Part shown: positions 1 through 12,500 of the stretch, in pieces
Layout of the letters: each line of letters opens with the position of its first letter
Position numbering within the stretch: position 1 is the first letter of the stretch
Assembly (NCBI RefSeq): GCF_009914755.1
Contig: NC_060939.1
DNA: 64,000 nt
Source: the human T2T-CHM13v2.0 reference genome, Homo sapiens
Direction: 5' to 3' (one strand)
Made by a program: the position numbers and the translations under genes
Notes under the pieces: generated by a model
Told to the model about the DNA's origin: nothing
The model's input: the letters and a program-made list of their open reading frames with translations, nothing else
The model's database searches: none

Positions 1-449
1 ATTACTCTTCAAATCACTGAGTCAAGAAAGCAAAATGCAATACAATTTCTCTGGACCCACTGAGCCACCACGCCTGTTTTTGTTCACTGAGAACAGGTTT
101 GGTGACCAATGGGGTCAGTGGCGTTAATTGGAAACTGCAGACTACTGCCTCACAACCTGCACGTGTCCTTCACAGCTGATTTCTGAGCGAAGATGGGACA
201 TTTTCTCCTACAGTTATCCTTTGGCACTGGAAGTTAAGCCTTGTTATTACGTGTTTAATCTATCTTAGAATAAGGAATATAAGGTATGTTAAATGGCATA
301 AAAATAGTAAACCTAAATCTTTAAAGGTTGGAAGCCAACCTTGTACAAACCTCTGGTGTAAAACTCTCTGCTTATTTATGGAAGAAAGGCAAGAAATGCG
401 AAAACAGGTGAATGGAGAGCTATACAGGCATGGCCCAAGCATGTGCTCT

Positions 450-630
450 GGTTCTGCCTGGCTGCAAGACCTGGGATAAGTCACTTATCCTCTCTAAGCC
501 TCAATTTTGTCATCTGTAAAAATGGAAAGCATAATAATTCATACCGTGTGGAGTTGCTGGGAGAACTACAAGTGATAATACCCATGAAACACTTTGCACA
601 TAGAAATCCCCATAAATGTTCATCATTCTT
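450..630 (+). mobile_element. MIR SINE
   Basis: MIR core AAGTCACTTATCCTCTCTAAGCCTCAATTTTGTCATCTGTAAAAATGG. Confidence 0.8.
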
Positions 631-869
631 ATGGCATCCTCATCATCATTAGATGTGCTCTGTCTCAGAGGTGACTCTTTCGTTTACAAAACATTAAGAG
701 AGACCCCTCAGGATGCAGCTCCCTAAGCAAGTAAGCCAGTAATCACGTGTTCCTCTGTGAGCTGTACCTCCACATTCCTAAGAGGCTCTTGGAGTGACTG
801 AGAGATCTGTGACACCTGAATGATTCACACCTGCAGTTTCTAGGAACCCCTTCTCCATACACTCCATGG

Positions 870-1150
870 TTGTCAAATAATCATATATTTATTGAACCTG
901 TACTGTGCACAAAGCACTGTGCTAGGTATGTGACACCAGGGATAGATTCTTTGCTCCAAGAAGCTCATGATGAAGATAAAACAACTGTATGAAGAGAAAA
1001 AAGAATCATCCAGGGTAGTTTATGCTAGATGCCAGATGAATCTAAAGATAAAGAGTAGAGGCTTTCAGAAGGGGAGAGATGACTGTGATGGGAGAGTTGG
1101 GAGCCTTCGGGGAAGATGTATGGTTCAAAGTGGGTTTTCAAGAAGATGTG
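870..1150 (-). mobile_element. L2 fragment
   Basis: atatttattgaacctgtactgtgcacaaagcactgtgctagg resembles the reversed L2 3' end; boundaries approximate. Confidence 0.6.
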
Positions 1151-1239
1151 GGTCTCAAGTAAAGAAAGGAGAAAAGTAGGCATGTCAGAAAGACACAGAG
1201 ATCAAAGCGACAAGAAGACCAATCAGAGTGGAGTAGAAA

Positions 1240-1778
1240 GGTGCTCTCAAAGTATAGTCCCAGAACAGCAGCCTCAGGATTACCTGCTCAGGCTGTCATA
1301 ACAAAATACAAAGACTGAGTGGCTTAAACACAAAAACTTATTTTCCAGTTCTGAAGGCTGGGAAGTCCAAGATCAATGTGCCACCAATTCCATTTCTGAT
1401 GAGGGCTCTCCTCCTGGCTTGCAGACAGCCTTCTACTTGCTGTGTCTTCACATGGCTGAGAGAGAGATCCTAAGTTCTCTGGTGTCTCATTTTATAAGGA
1501 CACTAATCCCATCAGGCCAGGGCCCCACCCTATTACCTCATTTAACCTTAGTTATTTCCTTAGAGGCTTCATCTCTAAATACAGCCACACTGGGGATTAG
1601 GACTTCAACAAACGAATTTGGGGGAGATACCAACATTCTATCTATAGCACATGGAAACTTTTCAGAAGTGCTAAATTTTGGGCTTTACCCTGAAACTACT
1701 GAGTCAGAAACTCTAGGAGTCGGGCTCAAATATCTCTTTTAATCAGCCTTTTTGGTGCTGCTGAGTTTGAGAACCACT
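1240..1778 (+). mobile_element. MER5A hAT element split by a nested MLT1A
   Basis: The left part (1240-1283, CTCAAAGTATAGTCCCAGAACAGCAGC) and right part (1650-1778, ending TTTGAGAACCACT) are collinear with the MER5A consensus. Confidence 0.8.
1284..1649 (-). mobile_element. MLT1A-type MaLR solo LTR
   Basis: ggctgtcataacaaaatac...tggcttaaac...gggctctcctcctggcttgcagac...acattctatctatagca. Confidence 0.8.
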
Positions 1779-1949
1779 AAAGAGTCAATAGGGCAAGTGA
1801 ATGGAGGGGAGATGAAAGAAGTAGATTGTCATCAGAACTTGGAGAATTTTGAGGCTCAAGAATGTGGAGGCTGGTCTTAGTCAGTGGGAGACCTAGAAGG
1901 AGAGGAGGTCATACAGGTTAGTGTAAACCATTTATTTTGCCATCTGTTT

Positions 1950-2056
1950 GTGGGAGAAAGGGGAGGAAGGAAAGGAGGAGAGAAGGAAAGAAGGAAGGAA
2001 TTAAGAGAAAGGGAAGGAAGGAGAGAGGGAGGGAATGAGGACGGGAAAGAAGAAGG
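1950..2056. repeat. GA-rich polypurine low-complexity tract
   Basis: GGAA/GGGA-type run that is almost purely purine. Confidence 0.85.
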
Positions 2057-2890
2057 CCTTTTGGAAAACAGTTTCATAGTTCAGGTGTTCACATTCTAAG
2101 TATAGTAATAGCAGGAATGGAGAAAAGGGATGAAGATGATAAATATTATTAAAATCTACAGGTCATGCCAGGGTCAAGCAAGCAAAGGAGAAAGGGGAAT
2201 TAGGTAACTTGTAGATCTGTGCAACCTACCACTGACGAAAGTGTGGAAGCTTAGACAGGGAGCTGATTTGAGGCACAAATTCAGTTTTATTTATTTGTGC
2301 TGATATTAACAGGAGGACATCTAAGTGACTATGTCTACTAAGATATGAGATATAGTTAAGAGAGTAGTCAGTTCTGCAGCTAAATTCAGGAGGTGATTCT
2401 TGAATCCTGTGCAGCCTTTGCAAGTTCTGAGGAAGGGCGCACAGTGAGAGAGGATAAACGAAGTCACAGAGAAAGCCACTATTTCAAGGAAAGCAAAGGC
2501 CCAGAATGAGGGTGAAGATGAGGGCAGAGTAAATATCAATGATATTTAAACATTTTTGCTGGTTAGCTCCTCAAAAGGCCTCTCAGTCTGAGCTCTGCAG
2601 AAGGGACGTGTTTGCAAGTCACTGTGAGTCCCCTGGGTAAATCAGTGTGCCTATGAACTGGGCCAACTAGCCAAAACTGTGAATTATGACGACCACCACT
2701 ACTGTTAGCCTGACTCCTTGTTAAACAGGATAATGGTTTTCAGTACCAGCTGAAACAATTTTAAAATGTTGACCATTTATATTACTTAAGTAATGTGCTA
2801 CCATTTATAAGTAATATAAATGTTGGCCATTTATATTACTTAAGTAATGTGCTACTGAAACTCTAAGGGGGTTTCTGTAACGGTAAACTG

Positions 2891-3068
2891 ACAGTTCTCT
2901 AATGCAGTTCAGCATCACCTGTCGGGCTTGTTTGACCACAGATTGCTCGGTTACACTCAGAGTTTCTTATTCAGTGGGTCTGGGTGGGGTCTGAGAATTT
3001 GCATTTATAATAAGCTCTCAGGCACAACTGATGGTGCTGGTTTAGGAACCACAATTTGAGAACCGTTG
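2891..3068 (-). mobile_element. MER5A
   Basis: gagtttcttattcagtgggtctgggtggggtctgagaatttgcattt...tttgagaacc. Confidence 0.8.
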
Positions 3069-3569
3069 TTAAGCCTCACGCCACACCATTCCTATCATGA
3101 GAGCCACCTGTAGCTAATTCAGGGTAACTTGTTGACTGCAAACTATAACCATAGGCAGTTTCTTTAGCAATATAAACCTCTAGATAAAAGAAACACTCAA
3201 AAATCAGAACAGGAACATATAGAGTCAATGAAAACTATTTTTTTTCCAAATGAGAGCATGTGTTTTACAGCCTCAAAAGAATATTTTCATGTAGACTGCT
3301 CTAAAATAACAAGATAAACCTGAAACTAAAGCTTAAAAAGGCCTTTATGAAACAAAAACAGTTTCACACCTGAGGTAAAGGGCTACATATGTCCCTCGAT
3401 TTTTTCTCATATCTTAGCTTTCATTTAAATGACATTGCCATTTTACATATAATAGAAGAACCTAGAAATTTGATTCCTGCTTATTAGGGCAAACCAAAGG
3501 GGTTATTTCCAATTATTTTCAGTTCAGTTTTTCTTCACGTATAATAGAAATGATTTAAAAGCCAGGTTT

Positions 3570-4156
3570 TGTTGGAAACTGCCATAAATGTGGTTAATAG
3601 TTGCTGCCTCAGCATCCATTTTCAGGCCTGACCTAAGTTGTCTGAAGCCCAGTCTCACTGTATCACCTCTGGTCTGGGTAACACTTCCCCTCCCTGAGTG
3701 GTTGTTTGTAATGCGGCCCATTTGCTCTTCATCGCACTGACCCAGAACCCACACATCACACAGCTGCTGACCATGATCAAACCTAACGGCCAACACCAGA
3801 GTCCTGTGAATAAGTCCTGCTTCCTACTTGTTCTCTTAAATCAGCCTAAGCCACACCCCCACGGGAAAGCCCCAGGACAAAGCTCCAGGCCCTAACTGTG
3901 CTCTCTGGCTCCCCGTGGCCTCCAGACTTCCCCTCGGGCTCCTGCCGCTCTCTGGACCTCTCTGGGATGTGTAAGTAAGAGATTTCTTCTGTTCCTGCGT
4001 TTTGGTTTCACCTCCTCCTTGTGCCTCACCTGACTGACACCCTAGAACCTACCTTTCCCCTTGGCCAGGGCTCTCCTGGAGATTGGCTGGTTTCTGGCCC
4101 CCTCCAAAGAGAGACCTGAAGACCAAATTAGGAACCTAAATATATAAATCGCAACA
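3570..4156. mobile_element. Old ERVL-class solo LTR (MER73/MER74-like; subfamily uncertain)
   Basis: TG...CA termini, ~590 bp, GC-richer than flanks, ending GAGACCTGAAGACCAAATTAGG...CAACA. No clear TSD. Confidence 0.55.
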
Positions 4157-4619
4157 GAAAGCTTGGTTGTTTACTGACAATATATATTTATACTGTAAAA
4201 TGTGTTTATGATTTAGAACACACTAGACCTATTCTAGCTCTAAATTGCATTGCTATCTTGTAGTATGCAGTTATGCCTCGTTTCATTTCATTTTCCAACT
4301 GAAGTCATTTTATTCCCTCAGTTTATAAATACCTCGAATTCTTTAGCCGAAAAGGCAAGGTAACTTGATAGAGCATCCCCCTTTGTGACCATAACCTCCA
4401 GTGCAGAACAAATTAAACGTGCAAAACTGTGAGTGCCATGTCCTACATTGTTAAAGAAAATGATGTTGAAAGGCAGTGAAAGTCCTTATGAAGAAATTCA
4501 AAAGAGTAAAAGAATAGACAGATGAACTGGAAATGGAAGAAGTCAGTTTTTCTTTCCTTTAGGAGTAAGCCAATTTGGAAACTAGCTGGTAAGTGTTACA
4601 GTCCATTTACATGACAGGC

Positions 4620-4860
4620 ATTCTTCGTATTCACTAAGAAAACATTATGGTACAAATGTTCACTGTGCAGAGCACACCTGTAATATTTCATCTGGTCCTC
4701 TCAGTGACCCTATAAGGAAAATGAAACATTTTCAGATGAGACCGGGCTTCAGGGTGAAATTAGGTGACGGGTGAGACTTATATAGAGAGTAAGTGGTGGA
4801 ACTGGATTCAAATCCAAATTCTTCCAACTGTAAGCACAGGGCATTTTCCACTAATCAGCC
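4620..4860 (-). mobile_element. MIR
   Basis: cattttcagatgagaccggg...ggattcaaatcc, degraded. Confidence 0.6.
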
Positions 4861-5060
4861 CACTAACCAAAGAAACCTAATTTTTCCAAACATTTAAAGT
4901 GATGCTATGGCCATTTGAGTAAAACCAATTTTGGCCTATACTTTTGATTCCCCATCACCAGACTACCATTGGTTATCCGATATGGGCAGCAGAATTAAGA
5001 GGTAATGAAGTCTAATAGAACCTCTCATTATTTGTGTGGATGCAGTAGTAACAGAGATGG

Positions 5061-5476
5061 TGATATAGTTTGAACGTTTGGCCCCTCCAAATCTCATGTT
5101 GAAATGTGATCCTCAGTGTTGGAGGTAGGGCCTGCTGGCAGGTGTTTGGGTCACGGGGCAGATCCTTCATGAATGGCTTGGTACCCTCCTCATGGTAATG
5201 GCTGAGTTCTTGATGTATTCATTCACTGAGATCTGGTTGTTAAAGAGTGTGGTACTGCCCCCGTGTCTCTCTTGCTTCCTCTCTCACCATGTTAGGTGCC
5301 AGCTCCCCCTTTGCTTTCTGCCATGATTGTAATCTACCTTAGGCCTCAAAAGAAGCAGATGCTGGTGCTGTGCTTCTTGGGCAGTCTGCACAACTATGAG
5401 TCAAATAACCCTCTTTTCTTTATAAATTACCCAGCCTCAGGTATTCGTTTATAGCAATCCAAAATGGACTAATACA
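5061..5476 (+). mobile_element. MSTB-type MaLR solo LTR
   Basis: TGATATAGTTTG...GGACTAATACA with a perfect 5-bp TSD GATGG. Confidence 0.92.
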
Positions 5477-5546
5477 GATGGGGACATGTAGGTATTAATT
5501 TAACAGATGCTTATATATTGCCTGTATTCTCACTGGGACTGGGAAG

Positions 5547-6180
5547 TGTTAGAGAAATATAAATGAAAACATAATCTCCTCCTAACCCGGAAAACTTCTC
5601 CACAAAGGTAGAAGAGAAAGAACACAGTTTTATTGAGTAAGCATTAAACCAGAGTGAGATGCACGTCTCAGGAAATCAGCTAAGAAATTGCAAAGACAGA
5701 AAAAAATCTCACCTCTTAATATAACAAGCAGATATAACCTTTTATATACAAATTCTCAAGGTAAACAATAACTTGTCCTCAAGGGGACTTTACAGCACCA
5801 TTTGTCAAACAACTTTCATCCTAAATTCCCTTAGTAATTGGGGTAACCGTCTGTGTTAGACAATTGGCTTTATCCAAAGCAAAAATAAATTTCTCATATC
5901 TTTATAAAAGGGGGTTGTCTTGCAACTTGGAGTAAGATACCTGCTGAAATTACCCTCCTAGCCTCCTACAGAACCTGATAAATAGAGCTGTTATCTTCCT
6001 TGATAATTTTCAAAGTGATGATTCCCTGGTCTTTGAGAACAGTATCCTTGGGTCTTAAAACTAGCAAAAGACTAAGTTAGCTTTTAAAAATTTTTGTATA
6101 TGTTTCAAAATGACAAAGAGGTACAAGCTTTCTAAAGTAAATACCCTAAGAAAAGGATGTTTCTTTCCTTACTTTTAACA
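5547..6180 (-). mobile_element. MER67-like ERV1 solo LTR
   Basis: TGTT...AACA termini; the motif CTCCACAAAGGTAGAAGAGAAAGAA...GCATTAAACCAGA matches my recollection of MER67. Confidence 0.65.
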
Positions 6181-6188
6181 TGGAGAAC

Positions 6189-6584
6189 ATATTAGTCATA
6201 TATTCCTTATAGGCTTCTTAACAAAATACTACAGATTGGGTAACTTAAACAAGAGATATTTATTCCCTCACAGTTTTCAAGGCTGAAAGCCCAAGATGAA
6301 GGTGCCAGTGGGCTTGGTTTTTGGTGAGATTGCTCTTCCTATCTTGCAGACAGTTACCTTTTCATTCTGTTCTCATGGCCTTTTCCCCGTGCACAGGGAA
6401 AGAGATCTCTGGTATCTCTTCCTCCTCTTAAAAGGACACCAGTTCTATCATATTGGAGCCCCATCCTTGTCACCTCATCTAACCTTAATTAACTTTTTAA
6501 AGGCCCTTTCTTCCAATAAAGTCACATTGGAGGGTGGGGCTTTTACAAACAAATTTAGGGGGAGACAAAATTCAGTCCATAACA
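6189..6584 (-). mobile_element. MLT1A-type MaLR solo LTR
   Basis: aacaaaatactacagattgggtaacttaaac...ggggagacaaaattcagtccataaca. It explains ORF 6296..6646. Confidence 0.8.
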
Positions 6585-7034
6585 AAGAGTTGAGCTTCTT
6601 ATTTTTAGTTGGCATTTGCCCTTACAGGAATAACAAGCCAGGCTAAGTCCTTGTCATCATGCAGATGCAAGTAATGCAAGTTGCAAGTAATAATCAAGGA
6701 AATAAACAGTGATGAGTGAAGGCCCTTGGCTTAAGGATAAGAAGAAACCAGCCAGCTCCTGGTTAGCCAGGGAGTAAATCGTTGCATTCCTGATAATTTG
6801 GAAAGGAAAGAGCTAGAAAAGTAAATTTATGGAAGCAGGATCATCCAGATAATCAATGATATAACTAAGCTGTACAGACTGTTAGGCCATCAATCAATAT
6901 TTACCAAATTCCACTTACACATTCATTTATTCATATACTCAACATTTAATCACCCCTAGATTCATTTTATGTACCAATATGGCTGAAAACTACCCAGATA
7001 ATGTTTTTCCTTCCATCACTTACTACCACCATAG

Positions 7035-7227
7035 ATTTTATGAAATTATTAATTAGGTTTCAACTTAGATTTCAATTTCAAACTGTTGTGTCATGTTGAT
7101 TTTACACAAATACTTATAAGGTGAAATGACAGAATTTTATGAAATTATTAGGTTTCAACTTAGATTTCAATTTCAAACTGTTGTGTCATGTTGATTTTAC
7201 ACAAATACGAGGTGAAATGACAGAATT
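7035..7227. repeat. Tandem duplication, ~99-bp period, 2 copies
   Basis: ATTTTATGAAATTATT...GGTGAAATGACAGAA occurs at 7035 and 7134. Confidence 0.95.
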
Positions 7228-8249
7228 CTCCTCCTACCAGGACAGTTCACAAAACCCGTGAAACATTTATATGACTGAAGCTTCTTCATATGTGCTCAGA
7301 GTCTATTGTAAGGAAACAGTTATCTGCATGTCTTCCCAGTTTTTAAAAACCACCACCAACTAATTCATATAATAGAACTCACTCAAAATAACTCAAAGAC
7401 AGTCTGGACAAAATAGAGATATGATAGTTTAAAAGATAATGTAGTCGTATAACTTCCACATATAGATAGTAAACTCACAACTAAGGAGTTTGGGACCAGC
7501 CTTCAGGACCTCAGTACTCCACTCTTCTAATGTATGGTCATTCTGTTGGTAGAGTGGATTTTCATCACTGGAGGCAGATGTTACACTGCTCCTCCCCTCT
7601 GGCAATCAGACTTGGAGGAAGGCAAGTGAAGGCCAGGTGAGAATGAGCCTCCACCCACCTCCCCATGCCCAGCCAACTCTCTGATTCTCTACCTTGTGCA
7701 TCTCCTCTCTACACAAACAGCAAACATCTTTTTACTTTATTCAGTCAAATAAAAGGTAGACCTCTTCATGTAAGATACTGACATGTTCAATAATAAAATA
7801 TTTGAAGTTAAGTTAGATACATTTTAATGACTAATTGAGTCATATTTTTAAGAAATAATTATTCACTGTGCATTTGTTATGCCAAGTTTCAGATGAGACT
7901 AACATTGGCCCTGGGCACAATGCATGGGTGAATCATTTTAGTCTCAGGAAGATGGGTTTTGTATGGTGTTCTGTATTAGGCATAATCACAAGGTAGATTG
8001 GAGAGTCCTAGATAAGATGATAGAGAATGGGTAGGACACCCTTCCCCTGACCAGCAGACTGCTGGTTGCATGGTGAAGCTCTTTGTTAACCTTGGCTTCT
8101 GCCTCTCTAGCTTCCCATATGGTTCATTAATAGCAATGGGGCACAACCCATTATCTGCTGAAATGCAACAGAAATGCTGATACATTTTCAATTTATTTCC
8201 TGAAGTAAATTGAACTTTCCCCTTAAATATGGTCACATTATTAATTACT

Positions 8250-8431
8250 TTAAATCTCAGCTCTGCCACTTACTACGTGTAACATTAAGTAATTTAACTT
8301 ATCTATGTCTCATTCCCTCATCTGTAAAATGAGGTTGACAGTAGTGTCCCCTAAATGTGGTTGGTGAGAAGATTAAATAAATCAATATATGTAAACCTCC
8401 TAGAACAATGCCTAGTGCATAACAAATACTT
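8250..8431 (+). mobile_element. MIR
   Basis: aaatctcagctctgccactt...ccctcatctgtaaaatgagg...tagaacaatgcctagtgcat. Confidence 0.8.
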
Positions 8432-9178
8432 CATAGTAAATTCTTTTTTTTCCATAAGTTATTGGTATACAGGTGGTATTTGGTTACATGAGTAAATTCT
8501 TTAGTGATTTGTGAGTGTATACTCACCCAAGGAGTATACACTGCGCCATATTTCTTGTCTTTTATCCCTACCCCCTTCCCCTCTTCCTCCCAAGTTCCCG
8601 AAGTCCATTGTACATTCTTATGCATTTGCATCCTTATAGCTTAGCTCCCATATATCATTGAGAACATGCAATGTTTGATTTTCCATTCCTGAGTTGCTTC
8701 ACTTAGAATAATAGTCACCAATCTCATCTAGGTCATTGCAAACGCTGTTAATTCATTCCTTTTTATGGCTCAGTAGTATTCCATTGTATATATATACGAG
8801 TTTCTTTATCCACTCGTTGATTGATGGGCATTTGGGTTGGTTCCACAGTTTTGCAATTGTGAATTGTGTTGCTATAAACATGCATGTGCAAGTATCTTTT
8901 TCAAATAATGACTTCTTTGCCTTTGGGTAGATACCCAGTAGTGAGATTGCTGGATCAAATGGTAATTCTACTTTTAGTTCTTTCAGGAATCTCCACACTA
9001 TTTTCCATAGCAGCTGTACTAGTTTACATTCCCACCAACAGTGTAGAAGTGTTCCCTGATCACCGCAATGACACCAACATCTACTGTTTTTTTATTTGAT
9101 TATGGCCATTCTTGCAAGAGTAAGGTGGTATCGCATTGTGGTTTTGATTTGCATTTCGTTGATCATTAGTAATGTTGA

Positions 9179-9532
<354 letters not shown>

Positions 9533-12500
9533 AGCCATTTGTGTATCTTCTTTTGAGAATTGTCTAGTTATGTCTTTAGCCCACTTTTTCATCAGATTTT
9601 TTTTTTCTTACTGATTTGAGTTTGTTGTAGATTCTGGATATTAGTCCTTTGTCAGAAGTATAGATTGTGAACATTTTCTCCCACTCTGTGGATTGACTGC
9701 TGACTGTTCTTTTTGCCATGCAGAAGCTCTTTATTTTAGTTAGGTCCCAGCTATTTATCTTTGTTTTCATTGTAATTGCTTTTGAGTTTTTAGTCATGAA
9801 ATCCTATATATAGGAGGGTTTTTCCAATGTTATCGTCTAGAATTTTTATAGTTTCAGGTCTTAGGTTTAAGTCCTTAATCCATCTTGAGTTGATTTTTGT
9901 ATAAGATGAGAGATGAGGATCCAGTTTCATTCTCCTACATGTGGCTAGCCAATTATCCCAGCACCATTTCTTGCAAACGGTGTCCTTTTCCCACTTTATG
10001 TTTTTGTTTGCTTTGTTGAAGATCAATTGGCTGTAAGTATTTGGGTTTATTTCTGGGTTCTCTATTCTGTTCCATTGGTATATGTGCCTATTTTTATACC
10101 AGTACCACTCTGTTTTGGTGACTATGGCCTTATAGTATAGTTTAAAATCAGGAAGTGGGATGCCTCCAGATTTGTTCTTTTTCCTTAGTCTTGCTTTGGC
10201 TATGTGGGCTCTTATTTAGTTCCATATGAATTTTAGAATTCTTTTTTCTAGCTCTGAAGAATGATGGTGGTATTTTCATGGGAATTGCATTGTATTTGTA
10301 GATGGCTTTTGGCAGTATGCTCATTTTCACAAAATTGATTCTAACATCCAGGAGCATGGGATGTGTTTCCATTTGTTTGTGTCATCTGTGTTTTCTTTCA
10401 CCGGTGTTAAGTAGTTTTCCTTGCAGAGGTCTTCTGACTCTTTTGTTAGGTATATTCCTAAGGGTTTGTTTGTTTGTTTGTTTGCAGCAATTGTAAAAGG
10501 GGTTGAGTTCTTGATTTGATTCTCTATTTTGTTGCTGTTGGCGTATAGAAGAGCTACTGATTTGTGTACATTAATCACATATCCACAAACTTTGCTGAAT
10601 TCCTTTACCAGTTGTATGCGCTTTCTGGAGGAGTCCTTAGGGTTTTTAAGGTAGACGATCATATCATCAGCAAACAAGGACAGGTTGACTTCCTCTTTAA
10701 CTATTTAGATGTCCTTTATTTCTTTCTCTTGTCTGATTGCTCTGGCTAGGATTTCCAGTACTGTGTTGAAGAGGAGTGCTGAGAGTGGCCATCCCTGTCT
10801 TGTTCTAGTTCTCAGAGGGAATACTTTCAACTTTTCCCCATTCAGAATTATGCTGGCTGTGGGTTTGTCATAGATGGCTTTTATTACATTAAGGTATTTC
10901 CCTTGTATACCAATTTTGTGAGGGTTTTAATCATAAAGGGATGCTGGATTTTGTTGAATGCTTTTTCTGCATCTATTGAGATGATCATGTGATTTGTGTC
11001 TTTAATTCTGTTTATGTCATGTATCACATTTTTTGACTTGTGTATGTTACACTATCCCTGCATCCCTGGTATGAAACCCACTTGGATCATGGTGGATTAT
11101 CTTTTTGATAGGTTGTTGGATTCGGTTAGCAAGTATTTTGTTAAGGATTTTAGCATGTATATTCATCAAGGATATAGGTCTGTAGTTTTCTTTTTTGTGT
11201 CCTTTCCTGGTTTTGGTATTAGGGTGATGCTGGCTTCACAGAATGAATTAAGGAGGGTGCCTTCTTTCTCTGTCTTGTGGAATAGTGTCAAAAGGATTGG
11301 TACCAATTCTTCCTTGAATGTCTGGTAGAATTCTGCTGTGAATCCATCTGGTCCTGGACTTTTTTTGTTGGTAACGTTCTAATTATCATTTCAATCTCAC
11401 TACTTGTTATTAGTCTGTTCAGGGTATCTAATTTTTCCTGATTTAGGCTAGGAGGGTTGTATTTTGCCAGGAATTTATCCATCTCTTCTAGATTTTCTAG
11501 TTTATGTACATAAAGTTGTTCATAGTAGCCTTGAATGATCTTTTGTACTTCAGTCATGTCAGTTGTAATATTTCCTGTTTTGTATCTCAGTGAGGTTATT
11601 TGGATTTTCTCTTTTTTTCTTGGTTAATCTTGCTAATAGTCCATCAATTTTATTTATCTTTCCAAATAACCAGCTTTTTTTTTCATTTATCTTTTGTATT
11701 TTTGTTTGTATATTTGTTTCAATTGCATTTAGTACTGCTCTGATGTTGGTTATTTCCTTTCTTCTGCTGGGTTTGGGTTTGGTTTGTTCTTGTTTTTTAG
11801 TTCCTTGATGCCTGACCTTAGATTGTCTGTGTGTGCTCTTTCAATGTTTTTGTTACAGGTGTTTAGGGTTATGAACTTTCCTGTTAACACCACCTTAGCT
11901 GTATCCCAGAGGTTTTGATAGGTTGTATAATTATTATTGTCATTGAGTTTGATGAATTTCTTAATTTTTATCTCAATTTCATTTTTGACCCAATGCTCAT
12001 TCAGGAGCAGGTTATTTAATTTCCATGTATTTGTGTGGTTTTGAAAGTTCCTTTTGGAGTTTAGTTCCAGTTTTATTCCACTGTGGTCTGAGAGTGCTTG
12101 ATATAATTTCAGTTTTCTTAAATGTATTGAGGCTCATTTTATGGCCTATCATATGGTCTATCTTGGAGAAAGTTCCATGCACTGCTGAATAGAACGTGTA
12201 TTCTGTGGTTGTTGGATGAAATCTTCTGTATGTATCTGTTAAGTCCATTAGTTCCAAGGTACAGTTTAAATCCATTGTTTCTTTGTCGACTTTCTGTCTT
12301 GATGACCTGTCTAGTGCTGTCAGTGGAGTATTGAAGTCCCCCACTATTATTGTGTTGCTGTCTACCTCATTTCCTAGGTCAATTAGTAATTGACTTATAA
12401 AATTGGGAGCTCCAGTGTTAGCTGTATATATGTTTAGGATTGTGATATTTTCCTGTTGGACAAGGCCTTTTACCATTCTATACTGTCCCTTTTTGTCTCT

